From: an uncultured candidatus Porisulfidus sp.
Lineage (GTDB): Bacteria; Pseudomonadota; Gammaproteobacteria; Poriferisulfidales; Oxydemutatoraceae
Direction of reading: 5' to 3'
DNA length: 64,000 nt
Assembly: GCA_965215125.1 (NCBI GenBank)
Contig: OZ244052.1
Span: 1,856,001 to 1,920,000, forward strand
Shown in pieces: positions 35,081-44,165 of this stretch; position 1 is the stretch's first letter; every line of letters starts with the position of its first letter. The notes beneath the pieces were generated by a model. It did no database searches and was not told the DNA's origin. It saw nothing but the letters and a program-made list of their open reading frames with translations. A program made the position numbers and the translations under genes.

Positions 35081-36163
35081 ATGAGTTCTTTTGTAGAATT
35101 AGAAAAATCTAAAAAGGGTCTTTCACATAAAAGCCGGATGAATTGCCTGATAGATTCAATACAGTGTGGAGATGCCGCTTTTTTACTGAAACAGTTACCG
35201 GATAATAGTATTGATTTAGTAGTGACATCCCCACCGTACTATATGCAGCGAAATTATAACGGGACAGGGATCGGGACCGGGCATGAAAAAACAGTTGAGT
35301 CTTATATTGACTCCCTACTTGAAGTATTTTCGGAAATTGTCAGGGTAGTAAAGCCTTCGGGAAATATCGTTTATAACATCGGTGATAAATATCTGAATGG
35401 TTCACTTTTACTTGTGCCGTACAGATTTGCCGTAAAAGCAACTAATGACCATAGTGTGAAGCTTGTCAATGAAATAACTTGGGTAAAGAGAAACCCTACA
35501 CCGAGGCAGTTCGGGCGGCGTCTGGTAAGTAGCACGGAACCATTTTTTCATTTTGTAAAAGGTGCAAAATATTATTACAACCCCGATGAATTTTTTAACG
35601 AGATAGATGAAAGAAAACGGCATAAGCCTTCAAATAGATTAGGAGAAAGATATAGGACATTGATTGAAAATTCGGACTTATCTTCGGAACTGAAAAGAAA
35701 AGCGCATAAATCTCTCGACGAGGTTATTGAAGAAGTAAAAGAATCTAAGATAGAAGGATTTCGTATGAAGATTCGCGGAATACACGCAGAGGCTTTCGGG
35801 GGGCAAGAAGGGGGGCGTAAAAGCCAGATCGAGAAGAACGGTTACACCATTATTAAAATACATGGAAAGAAAATGAAAAAGGATGTGATTATTTCGTCGG
35901 TTGAGTCAATTCCCGGAAATAAACACAGTGCTATATTTCCTCTCTCAATTATCAAAGAAATTATAAAACTGCTTTCACCTAAGAACGGCATCGTTCTAGA
36001 CCCGTATAGCGGGAGTGGCACAACGGCTATTGCCGCTATGGAAGAAGACTGCCATTATCTGGGTATTGATATAGACTCCGCTTATTGTGAGCTCTCAAGA
36101 AAGCGGTTAGCAGAATGTCAAGCGAGAATGAGCGAACATCAAAAAAAACAACAGTTGTGGTAG
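35081..36163 (+). CDS. Beta-class amino-DNA methyltransferase (SPPY, probably N4-cytosine)
   Basis: Motif IV TSPPY at the N-terminus, HSAIFP, and motif I VLDPYSGSGTT at the C-terminus; AT-richer than the flanks. Confidence 0.93.
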   Translation: MSSFVELEKSKKGLSHKSRMNCLIDSIQCGDAAFLLKQLPDNSIDLVVTSPPYYMQRNYNGTGIGTGHEKTVESYIDSLLEVFSEIVRVVKPSGNIVYNIGDKYLNGSLLLVPYRFAVKATNDHSVKLVNEITWVKRNPTPRQFGRRLVSSTEPFFHFVKGAKYYYNPDEFFNEIDERKRHKPSNRLGERYRTLIENSDLSSELKRKAHKSLDEVIEEVKESKIEGFRMKIRGIHAEAFGGQEGGRKSQIEKNGYTIIKIHGKKMKKDVIISSVESIPGNKHSAIFPLSIIKEIIKLLSPKNGIVLDPYSGSGTTAIAAMEEDCHYLGIDIDSAYCELSRKRLAECQARMSEHQKKQQLW

Positions 36164-36244
36164 TCATAAAAAAGATTATAGCTTTCTCTAGAGATTAATA
36201 TAGAAATCATCGCTGAAAGTACTTAAGAGAAAACAGATAATAGA

Positions 36245-37357
36245 ATGTCAAACGAGAACGAAAAAGCACTGGACATACTAAATCAAGTACTGGATATTTC
36301 ACTCTCGGAGCGGACTTGGGCTAATCTTGATAGCGAACATAGATCAAATCTTTCCATTATTGTTGATAACGCATGCAAGGGAAATAGTAGATCCGTTCTT
36401 GCCGTTGTTATAACATTGATATTGAAAAAAACACTTTCTCCCGAGCAAGATATTCGTTTTCATCAAAAGAATATGAATCAAGGCTTTTCGGGTAGAGGGC
36501 TCGATCAAAGAATAGTGACTCCCTTTTTAAGAAAAAACAAATTTCCCTATATGCAAGCTGGTTCCGGGTGGTTAACAAGGTCATTAGAGCAAAAGCATCC
36601 ATATACATACGACTATCCCGGCGTAATTACCCCTCCAAATCTCAAAGAGGCATTTTTAGAAGTCGTCAATTCGGTGGAAGAGCAGAAAATTTCTGCTAGG
36701 GCATGTCTGGCCTATATTCTGCATGAATTAGTAGTTTGGAGAAAAAGACATGCTTCTATTACACTTTCAAAGCCGACGGGTAGACGAATTGAAGATATTG
36801 TGAGTTTTGTTCAAAGACATTGGCAATGTGATATTTCCGGGACGGCACGATTACCCGTACTGGCTGTTTACGCCGTGTATCAATGCCTCATATCCGAAGT
36901 ATTTAAGTATAAGAATTGTCGGTTGCTTGAGTTACTCTCTCACACCAGTGCCGATTCTAGAACCGAGCGGATTGGAGATATTGATATTAAAAGTGGAAAT
37001 AATACAATCGAATCCGTAGAAATTAAACACAACATAGCTATTACCGTGGAGTTGATAGAACAGTTAAAAGAAAAAATTGCTGGAGCAGGTCTTAAAACAT
37101 TTTATATTTTAAGCACTAATGAAAATATACATCCCGATGAGATGAATAAAATAACAAATTTATTATTGGACATACGCCGAAACTACGGTTGCCAAGTAAT
37201 AGTAAACGGGGTTTCCTGCACTATTAAGTATTACTTACGTTTATTAATGGATATAGACAGGTTTTTGTATAAATATGTATCGCTTGTAGAAGCCGACAAA
37301 GAACTTGGTTTTGAACTTAAAATCAAGTGGAACGATATAGTAGATGGAATTGAATAA
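36245..37357 (+). CDS. Putative type II restriction endonuclease
   Basis: Follows the MTase, contains the PD-(D/E)xK-like GDIDIK...ESVEIK, and shares the low GC. Confidence 0.7.
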   Translation: MSNENEKALDILNQVLDISLSERTWANLDSEHRSNLSIIVDNACKGNSRSVLAVVITLILKKTLSPEQDIRFHQKNMNQGFSGRGLDQRIVTPFLRKNKFPYMQAGSGWLTRSLEQKHPYTYDYPGVITPPNLKEAFLEVVNSVEEQKISARACLAYILHELVVWRKRHASITLSKPTGRRIEDIVSFVQRHWQCDISGTARLPVLAVYAVYQCLISEVFKYKNCRLLELLSHTSADSRTERIGDIDIKSGNNTIESVEIKHNIAITVELIEQLKEKIAGAGLKTFYILSTNENIHPDEMNKITNLLLDIRRNYGCQVIVNGVSCTIKYYLRLLMDIDRFLYKYVSLVEADKELGFELKIKWNDIVDGIE

Positions 37358-37384
37358 CTGAAGAGAGAGGTGATATTCTCTGCT

Positions 37385-37485
37385 ACGCCGATTGACCCTG
37401 ATATATGTAATGTTTTTCATAGACACAATATTTAGATCCCGTACGACGTAACGCCGATTAACCTACTGGCTTAATCGGCGGTTCC
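37385..37485 (+). repeat. Family B variant with a compensatory stem change, plus an upstream half-site
   Basis: ACGCCGATTGACC at 37385 and ACGCCGATTAACCTACTGGCTTAATCGGCGGTTCC at 37451. Confidence 0.8.
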
Positions 37486-37499
37486 ACTCGGCGGTTCCA

Positions 37500-38807
37500 T
37501 TATCTGTCCGATACAGCGATATAATCTCTGCGCGTATAGCCGGTATAGAGCTGTCTGGGTCTACCGATACGAGTTAGCGGGTCGCCGAGCATTTCATTCC
37601 AATGGCTAACCCAACCGATAGTGCGAGCGATGGCGAAGATGACGGTATACATATCGCGTGGTAAGCCCATCGCATTGAGGATAATCCCGGAATAGAAATC
37701 TACATTCGGATAGAGTTTGCGTGAGATGAAATAGTCGTCTTTTAGTGCGATGTTTTCTAGTTCCTTGGCGGTATCCAGCAAGGGTTTGTCGGTATAGTCC
37801 TTGTTGAGTTCGGATAGCAACTCGTGACAGATAGTACTTATAATTTTTGCGCGTGGATCGTAATTTTTATAGATGCGATGCCCGAAACCCATTAGCCGAA
37901 AATGACTGTTTTTGTCTTTGGCTCTATCTATATAAGACTGCAACGGCTGTCCCGATTCAACTATACTTTCCAACATGTCTATAACCGCTTCGTTAGCCCC
38001 GCCGTGTGCAGGTCCCCACAAAGAGGCAATGCCTGCGACCAAGGCCGCATAAGGATTGGTTTCCGTGCTACCGCTCAAGCGCACCGTAGAAGTGGAAGCA
38101 TTCTGTTCGTGGTCTGCGTGCAACAGCAATATCAAATCCATTGCCGCCGTGTATTTTTGGGATAAAGACGATTGCGGATTGAAGTCGTCCAGTATCATAT
38201 CCAAAAACCTTTCGGTATAAGATAAATCGTTGTTCGGTTTTTTGAATTTCTTAGCTTGTTTATAACGAAGTATGCATGCGGCAATCGTCGGCACTTTGGC
38301 GATTAAGCGGTGAGCGGATCGCTCTCGGTATGTTTCGTCGCGAATCGCTAATTCATCATGATACATTGCAGCGAGATGGCAGAGTGCTGCCATCAACATC
38401 GCCATAGGATGTCCGTGTCTATCAAAACCGTTAAGTAACGCGGTTATTTTTTCCATATCTAGGTTTGCATGTTCGTTCAGACTTGCATTAAAACTTTGCA
38501 ACTGGTCGGTAGTCGGTAATTCACCGTATAAAATTAAATAACAAACCTCGGGATAATTACTTTTTTCCGCCAGCTGCTCTATCGGATAACCGCGATAATA
38601 GAGTAGCCCGGCATCGCCGTCTATATAAGTGATTTTGCTCTCACAGCTTGCCGTTGAAACAAAACCCGGGTCAAAAGTAAAATAGCCCAACTGTTCGTAG
38701 ATAGAACGGATATCGATGATATCCGCACCGCTGGTCGCATCCATAATAGGAAGTTCTATTTCTCTATTCGATCGATAATCCTTTAAGTCAACGTTCTTAT
38801 TTTTCAT
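37500..38807 (-). CDS. gltA: Citrate synthase (hexameric Gram-negative type)
   Basis: FDPGF, YRGYPIEQLA, HADHEQNASTS, GPAHGGANE, MGFGHRIYKNYDPR and YPNVDFYSG. Confidence 0.98.
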   Translation of the reverse strand: MKNKNVDLKDYRSNREIELPIMDATSGADIIDIRSIYEQLGYFTFDPGFVSTASCESKITYIDGDAGLLYYRGYPIEQLAEKSNYPEVCYLILYGELPTTDQLQSFNASLNEHANLDMEKITALLNGFDRHGHPMAMLMAALCHLAAMYHDELAIRDETYRERSAHRLIAKVPTIAACILRYKQAKKFKKPNNDLSYTERFLDMILDDFNPQSSLSQKYTAAMDLILLLHADHEQNASTSTVRLSGSTETNPYAALVAGIASLWGPAHGGANEAVIDMLESIVESGQPLQSYIDRAKDKNSHFRLMGFGHRIYKNYDPRAKIISTICHELLSELNKDYTDKPLLDTAKELENIALKDDYFISRKLYPNVDFYSGIILNAMGLPRDMYTVIFAIARTIGWVSHWNEMLGDPLTRIGRPRQLYTGYTRRDYIAVSDR

Positions 38808-38989
38808 CGTGTCTTGAGTTATATAATTTTTAGAAATCTTGGTAGTAATGTTTATGAGAGAGAATAGCTATTATACATCACCCCACACCTGTCGGAGATT
38901 TGCATGAATTCACCCCCCTTTACACCGCTGAAGGCAAACCTGAGTTTATCCGACCTACATTCCCATATAGAGATGGATACGATAGTTCG

Positions 38990-40330
38990 TTATCTACTCA
39001 TCGGCACTTTCAATATCTGTCCGATGTGAATAGTATCGGTGCCGAGTCCCGAGAATTGTTTAATGCGATTGACTGAGCTGTTGAAACGTCTGGCGATGCC
39101 GTAGAGGGTGTCGCCTCGGGCGACGGTGTAGTTGCGTATTGCGGTATGGGCGAGGAGCATATCGGCGGTCGCGTAGTCGTTTAGGTAGCGTTTGATGCCG
39201 GTCATAATATTTTTTGCCAGTTGTATTTGATGGCTATGTTGTCTAAGTAGTTTTTCTTCCTCGGGATTGGTGAGATAGCCGAGTTCCACCAGTACCGACG
39301 GTACATCGGGGGACTTTAGAACCAGAAAGCCTGCCGATTCTATATTTCTGCTTCTTACATTTTTTCCGAAGGCATCGAGGATATAGTTGCCGAGTACATT
39401 CGCTCGTCCCATCGATGCGGTTTGCGATAAATCCAGAAGTATAGAGGCGAGGGCGTTATCTTTGTCGTCTATGCTAACACCACCGATAACCGCTTCGTTC
39501 TCGCGTTGTGCGAGTATGCGTGTGGCTTCGCTGGACGCACCTTTATCCGATAACACATAGACCGATGCGCCGCGCACATCGCTGTGATGAAAGGCATCGG
39601 CATGTAGCGAGATAAACAGGTCGGCTTGATGGGTGCGCGCAGCCTCCAATCTTCTGCGCAAGTCTATGAATCGATCATCGTTGCGCGTCAACAGTGCTTT
39701 GATGCCGTATTCTCGGTTGAGCATGCGTTGCAAGGTGATTGCGGTTGATAGTACGATATTTTTTTCTCGGGTTCCGGACACTCCGATTGCGCCGGGGTCT
39801 TTACCGCCGTGTCCGGGGTCTATCATGATCAGTGCTTCGCGCAACCGTGTTTTATCTATTTGTTTTACAGTGGCAGGTTTAGCCGGTGGTTCGCCGATTT
39901 GTTCGGGGGTGCGGGGTTCGGTGCTAAACCATGTCGGATAGTTCAATTTGAAAGAGAGTTGCACGGTATCCGAAGAGAGTGTTTGTAGCGACGATCTCTG
40001 TATGCCGGCAACGAGGTCAAAGACGACTCTATAGTGTTTTCCCTCTTTGGGTGCGGTGCGTATGCCTTTGACAAAAGTATTCTTAATTCCCGACGCAAAG
40101 TTTCGTCGGGCAGGCACCGTGTTAAACAGGTCGATTACGAAGCGAGGCGGGTTTGCAAGGATAATGGTTTTATATTGCGGACGGTTATCAAAGTTTAAGA
40201 CGATGTGTGTGCTTTGATCTATCTCGTTGATTTGCAGACCGAGCAGTGTTGCTGCGTGTACGCCGCTAGGAACTATGCACGGCAATGTGCATAGATATAG
40301 AAAATATAAGTATCTTATGTATTTACTCAA
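38990..40330 (-). CDS. amiB: N-acetylmuramoyl-L-alanine amidase (AMIN + Amidase_3 + LysM)
   Basis: NPPRFVIDL, IDPGHGGKDPGA, SLHAD, VLVELGY and a C-terminal YTVARGDTL LysM domain. Confidence 0.93.
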   Translation of the reverse strand: MSKYIRYLYFLYLCTLPCIVPSGVHAATLLGLQINEIDQSTHIVLNFDNRPQYKTIILANPPRFVIDLFNTVPARRNFASGIKNTFVKGIRTAPKEGKHYRVVFDLVAGIQRSSLQTLSSDTVQLSFKLNYPTWFSTEPRTPEQIGEPPAKPATVKQIDKTRLREALIMIDPGHGGKDPGAIGVSGTREKNIVLSTAITLQRMLNREYGIKALLTRNDDRFIDLRRRLEAARTHQADLFISLHADAFHHSDVRGASVYVLSDKGASSEATRILAQRENEAVIGGVSIDDKDNALASILLDLSQTASMGRANVLGNYILDAFGKNVRSRNIESAGFLVLKSPDVPSVLVELGYLTNPEEEKLLRQHSHQIQLAKNIMTGIKRYLNDYATADMLLAHTAIRNYTVARGDTLYGIARRFNSSVNRIKQFSGLGTDTIHIGQILKVPMSR

Positions 40331-40788
40331 GACTTAAAATCCTCAATTATTTTTTCCACGGAGTATTCCGAGTTACTTGTTATTTTAAGCTGTCGCGAGT
40401 GTTTTTCTATTGCTAAGTTAATAGATAGTGTGGGTTGGGGTAGCATCGCCTCGGCGCGTTCCGGCCATTCAATAACACAAAAGGCGTTGCTTGCGAAGTA
40501 GTCACGACCTCCGATTAAGTCAAATTCATAAGGGTCGCAAACCCTATAAAAATCAAAATGATGCACGAGCAACCGTCCTATAGTATAACTATTTACCAGC
40601 GTGAAAGTCGGGCTTTTTACCGCTTGCTTGCAGCCGAGTCCTTGAATCAATCCCTGACACATGGTTGTCTTGCCTGCTCCCAGCGGACCTTGGAGCCACA
40701 GCGAGGTTGCCGGGCGCACGTGTTTTGCAAGGCAAGCACCCAAATATTTCATTGCCGACGCATCTTTGATATGCAGTTCATAAGTCAT
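40327..40788 (-). CDS. tsaE: tRNA threonylcarbamoyladenosine biosynthesis ATPase
   Basis: GPLGAGKT, SPTFTL, HFDFYR and IEWP. Confidence 0.96.
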   Translation of the reverse strand: MTYELHIKDASAMKYLGACLAKHVRPATSLWLQGPLGAGKTTMCQGLIQGLGCKQAVKSPTFTLVNSYTIGRLLVHHFDFYRVCDPYEFDLIGGRDYFASNAFCVIEWPERAEAMLPQPTLSINLAIEKHSRQLKITSNSEYSVEKIIEDFKS

Positions 40789-40789
40789 C

Positions 40790-42250
40790 TTATCTACTCG
40801 TGATAGCCGCCGGTAGATGTTCTATCACGACTTCGGCACTAAAACCACGTGGCGACTTAGCCGCTGCAAGGTCGCCGGCGCGAGCGTGAGCACAAGTGCC
40901 GAGCAGTGCAGCTTTTATTTCGGTGAGTCCTTGTCCTTGTAGCGATGCAATGACACCGCTTAACACATCGCCCATGCCGGCACTCGACATACCCGAGTTA
41001 CCGCCTTCGCATACTACGGTTTGTTCATCGCTTGCAACGACCGTGCCGGCACCTTTGAGTACGCACACACCGCCGTAGCACGCATGTATGTTTTGTGCAG
41101 CGGCAAAGCGATCCTGCTGTATTTCGTGCGTTGTCGTATGCAATAAATGCGCCGCTTCACCCGGGTGTGGGGTGAGTATCCAGCGTTCCGATGCGAGTGG
41201 GTCTTTCGCTAATAGGTGTAGCGCATCGGCATCCACGATTAGAGGCTTGTCGCTGTCCAAGACTTCGGCCATTAAGGCGAGTGCCCAAGAATCGATACCT
41301 AACCCAGGACCGATTATAACGATGTCGCAATGATTTATTAGTCTTTTTGTCGTCTTCGAACACGCTGCGTCGTGTGCCATTAACGGTGGACACACCGTAG
41401 TGACTGTAGTGCTATTTTGTGCGTGGCTGAGTACGCTGACCAAGCCGGCACCGCTATACAGAGCAGCTTTACCGGCAAGACAAACAGCCCCCGCCATGCC
41501 GTGATTGCCGCCGATTATCAAAACATGACCGAAATCCTTTTTGTGCGTATTGCGCCGGCGGGGCGGTAGCCATTTGATTGCCTCGTCGTGGTTAAGCAGT
41601 CGGCAGTCGGGTTTAATTTGTGCAACGATGTCATCTTGGCTTTGTAGGTCTTCAAAGATAACTTTTCCGCAATAATTTTTACCGTCGGCGGTGTACATGC
41701 CGCGCTTGCGAACAATAAAGCTGACCGTGATGTCGGCGTTTACCGCAATAGGTCGTACGCATCCTCGGCCTGCATCCAATCCCGAAGGAATGTCCACCGA
41801 AAGCACCGGTAGCCGCAGTCGGTTGATTTGTTCTATCCAAGCCAGTGCCGGTTCCGATAAATCTCGGTTTAAGCCGCTGCCGAACACCGCATCGACGAGT
41901 AGGTCGGCTTCAATGGTTTCGTCTGCGCCGATCCTTTCACCGCCGGCGGTAAGATAGGCATTACACGCTTGCAGTGCGTCGCCTTTGATATTGTTCGTAT
42001 CGCCGAGTTGACACACTTTGACTTGCCGTCCTGCTCGGCGAAGCAGATCGGCGACGATATAGCCGTCGCCGCCATTATTGCCGATACCGGCGTGAACGAC
42101 GATACTGCGTGCTTGCGGCCAGTGTTTGATTAAATGATTAAAGCAAGCTCGCCCGGCACGTTGCATCAGTTCGTACCCGACAATAGGCGTTTGTGCGATA
42201 AGCATTCGGTCTATGTCGCGGCTTTGTTCGGCGGTGTAGAGTGGGCGCAT
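40790..42250 (-). CDS. nnr: Bifunctional NAD(P)H-hydrate epimerase/dehydratase
   Basis: LMQRAG, GNNGGDG, DIPSG, HKKDFG, GPGLG, VDADAL, LTPHPGE and GMGDVLSG; likely start MRPLYT at 42250. Confidence 0.95.
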   Translation of the reverse strand: MRPLYTAEQSRDIDRMLIAQTPIVGYELMQRAGRACFNHLIKHWPQARSIVVHAGIGNNGGDGYIVADLLRRAGRQVKVCQLGDTNNIKGDALQACNAYLTAGGERIGADETIEADLLVDAVFGSGLNRDLSEPALAWIEQINRLRLPVLSVDIPSGLDAGRGCVRPIAVNADITVSFIVRKRGMYTADGKNYCGKVIFEDLQSQDDIVAQIKPDCRLLNHDEAIKWLPPRRRNTHKKDFGHVLIIGGNHGMAGAVCLAGKAALYSGAGLVSVLSHAQNSTTVTTVCPPLMAHDAACSKTTKRLINHCDIVIIGPGLGIDSWALALMAEVLDSDKPLIVDADALHLLAKDPLASERWILTPHPGEAAHLLHTTTHEIQQDRFAAAQNIHACYGGVCVLKGAGTVVASDEQTVVCEGGNSGMSSAGMGDVLSGVIASLQGQGLTEIKAALLGTCAHARAGDLAAAKSPRGFSAEVVIEHLPAAITSR

Positions 42251-44055
42251 TACCCTGTTGCTCCCGTCGGTATAGTGCTTTGTCGGTCTAGGTGCGTTTG
42301 TAGCCACATTTCAAGCAACGCGCAATGCCAAAGTTTGTTGCCTTGTATCGGTGTCAGTTGGTTTTCCTCCGAATTAAGCAAGTGTGTTATGTAGTTGCGC
42401 TGAAATAATTCGCGTTCGCGGCAAGCATTTGAGTTTAGGGTGTCGCACATCATTTCGTAAAACATTCCTTGCACATATTTTAGAGCAGGAACCGGAAAAT
42501 AGCCTTTTTTTCGATCTATCACTTCGGGTGGCAGATAGCGGCGAGCGATTTTTTTAAGGCTATATTTGCCACCGTTGCCGAGCTTAAGTTCGGGCGGCAT
42601 GGCACAGACGGTTTCTACTAGATGCTGATCCAAAAAAGGCACTCTCGCCTCAACACCCCACGCCATCATCATATTGTCCAATCGTTTGACCGGATCGTCG
42701 ACGATTAAAGTTTCTATATCAAAGCATAAAACGGTGTTTATATAGTCGGGTAATTTGACTTTTCCGAGGCGATTTGCGACTAAAGGCGAAGTGCTGTCGG
42801 GTATGTGCAAGCACGGTGCAACGGTTTTTAAGTATTCGTCGTGGCTGCGGTCGAAATAATGTCGCCTAAATCGTTGCAACGGCGTACCCGAGGCACGGTG
42901 CATCTCGGGATACCAAAAATAGCCGCCGAACACTTCGTCGGCACCTTGTCCGCTCTGCACGACCTTAATGTCCGCACCGACTCGCTCGGCGAGCAGATAA
43001 AAAGCGATGCAATCTTGCGCCGGCATTGGTTCCGCCATCTTTGCAATCGCCTCGGGCAGCCGCTTATATAATTGTGTATCGGATACTCTAAAGCGATGAT
43101 GGTGTGTGTTGAAACGTTTGACGACCGCATCGGAGTAGATGAACTCGTCGCCGATCTCCTTACCTTTGCTCTCGAAACCGATCGTATAAGTCTTGATATT
43201 AGAAACATTTAGCTTGGCGAGCAGTGCTACGAGTAGACTGGAGTCCAATCCACCCGACAGCAAGACACCGACTTCTACATCGGCTATTTCAAAACGTTTT
43301 TTAACGGCTTTCAACAGTTCGGATTCAATTAGTTCTATCCATTCGTCCTCTTGCATATCGGAAAATCGCGCCTGCTCGGATAAGGACCAATAACGATGCT
43401 TAACAAAAGCCCCGCTGCGCTCAATCGACATTGTATGCGCAGGTTCGAGCTTGCGTATGCCGCACAACAAGGTACGGGGCGCGGGGATGACTGCGTGCAA
43501 ACTCAGATGACGATGTAGCGCGACCGCATCGATTTCGGTATCAATCTCACCGGCTGCCAGCAACGCCTGCGGGTTTGAGGCAAAGCGAAAAAACTTCGCG
43601 GTGCGCGCATAATAAAGTGGTTTGATTCCCAAACGATCGCGAGCAACAAAAAGAGAACCGTGTCGACGATCCCAAATTGCAAATGCAAAGATACCGTCCA
43701 GCCTTTGAACGCAGGCTTCCCGCCAGCGATGATAGGCTTTTAGGATAACCTCGCTATCGCTGGTGCTAAAGAAGCGATAACCGTAGGATTCCAAGCGAGT
43801 GCGTAGCGTGCGATAGTTATAGATAACCCCGTTGAACACCAACACTAAATCCAAATCGGGATCCACCATAGGTTGGGATCCGGTAGCCGATAAATCTATG
43901 ATCGCAAGCCGTGCATGGGCAAAACCTATTTGCCCGTCAAGCCAAGTCTGTCGACTATCGGGACCGCGAAAGTCAATATGCGCTAACATCCGCTGCAGAC
44001 TCCCGGCACTTGCCATCCGACCCCCGAAACAAAATTCACCGGCAATACCACACAT
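42250..44055 (-). CDS. Class II glutamine amidotransferase of the asparagine synthase family, NAGGN (N-acetylglutaminylglutamine amide) amidotransferase-like
   Basis: N-terminal MCGIAGE (start 44055), RGPD, LSGGLDSS, VQSGQGADEVFGGYFWYP, DDPVKRLDN and KGYFPVPALK. Confidence 0.85.
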   Translation of the reverse strand: MCGIAGEFCFGGRMASAGSLQRMLAHIDFRGPDSRQTWLDGQIGFAHARLAIIDLSATGSQPMVDPDLDLVLVFNGVIYNYRTLRTRLESYGYRFFSTSDSEVILKAYHRWREACVQRLDGIFAFAIWDRRHGSLFVARDRLGIKPLYYARTAKFFRFASNPQALLAAGEIDTEIDAVALHRHLSLHAVIPAPRTLLCGIRKLEPAHTMSIERSGAFVKHRYWSLSEQARFSDMQEDEWIELIESELLKAVKKRFEIADVEVGVLLSGGLDSSLLVALLAKLNVSNIKTYTIGFESKGKEIGDEFIYSDAVVKRFNTHHHRFRVSDTQLYKRLPEAIAKMAEPMPAQDCIAFYLLAERVGADIKVVQSGQGADEVFGGYFWYPEMHRASGTPLQRFRRHYFDRSHDEYLKTVAPCLHIPDSTSPLVANRLGKVKLPDYINTVLCFDIETLIVDDPVKRLDNMMMAWGVEARVPFLDQHLVETVCAMPPELKLGNGGKYSLKKIARRYLPPEVIDRKKGYFPVPALKYVQGMFYEMMCDTLNSNACRERELFQRNYITHLLNSEENQLTPIQGNKLWHCALLEMWLQTHLDRQSTIPTGATG

Positions 44056-44165
44056 CGTGGGTAAATTATACCTTGTGAGAGTAGAATAGAATCGCCTTAA
44101 TTGACGGAAGCCACAATCCCGCGATACGGCGGTAATCAAAATATGAATACGCTACCGAGGAAGAG

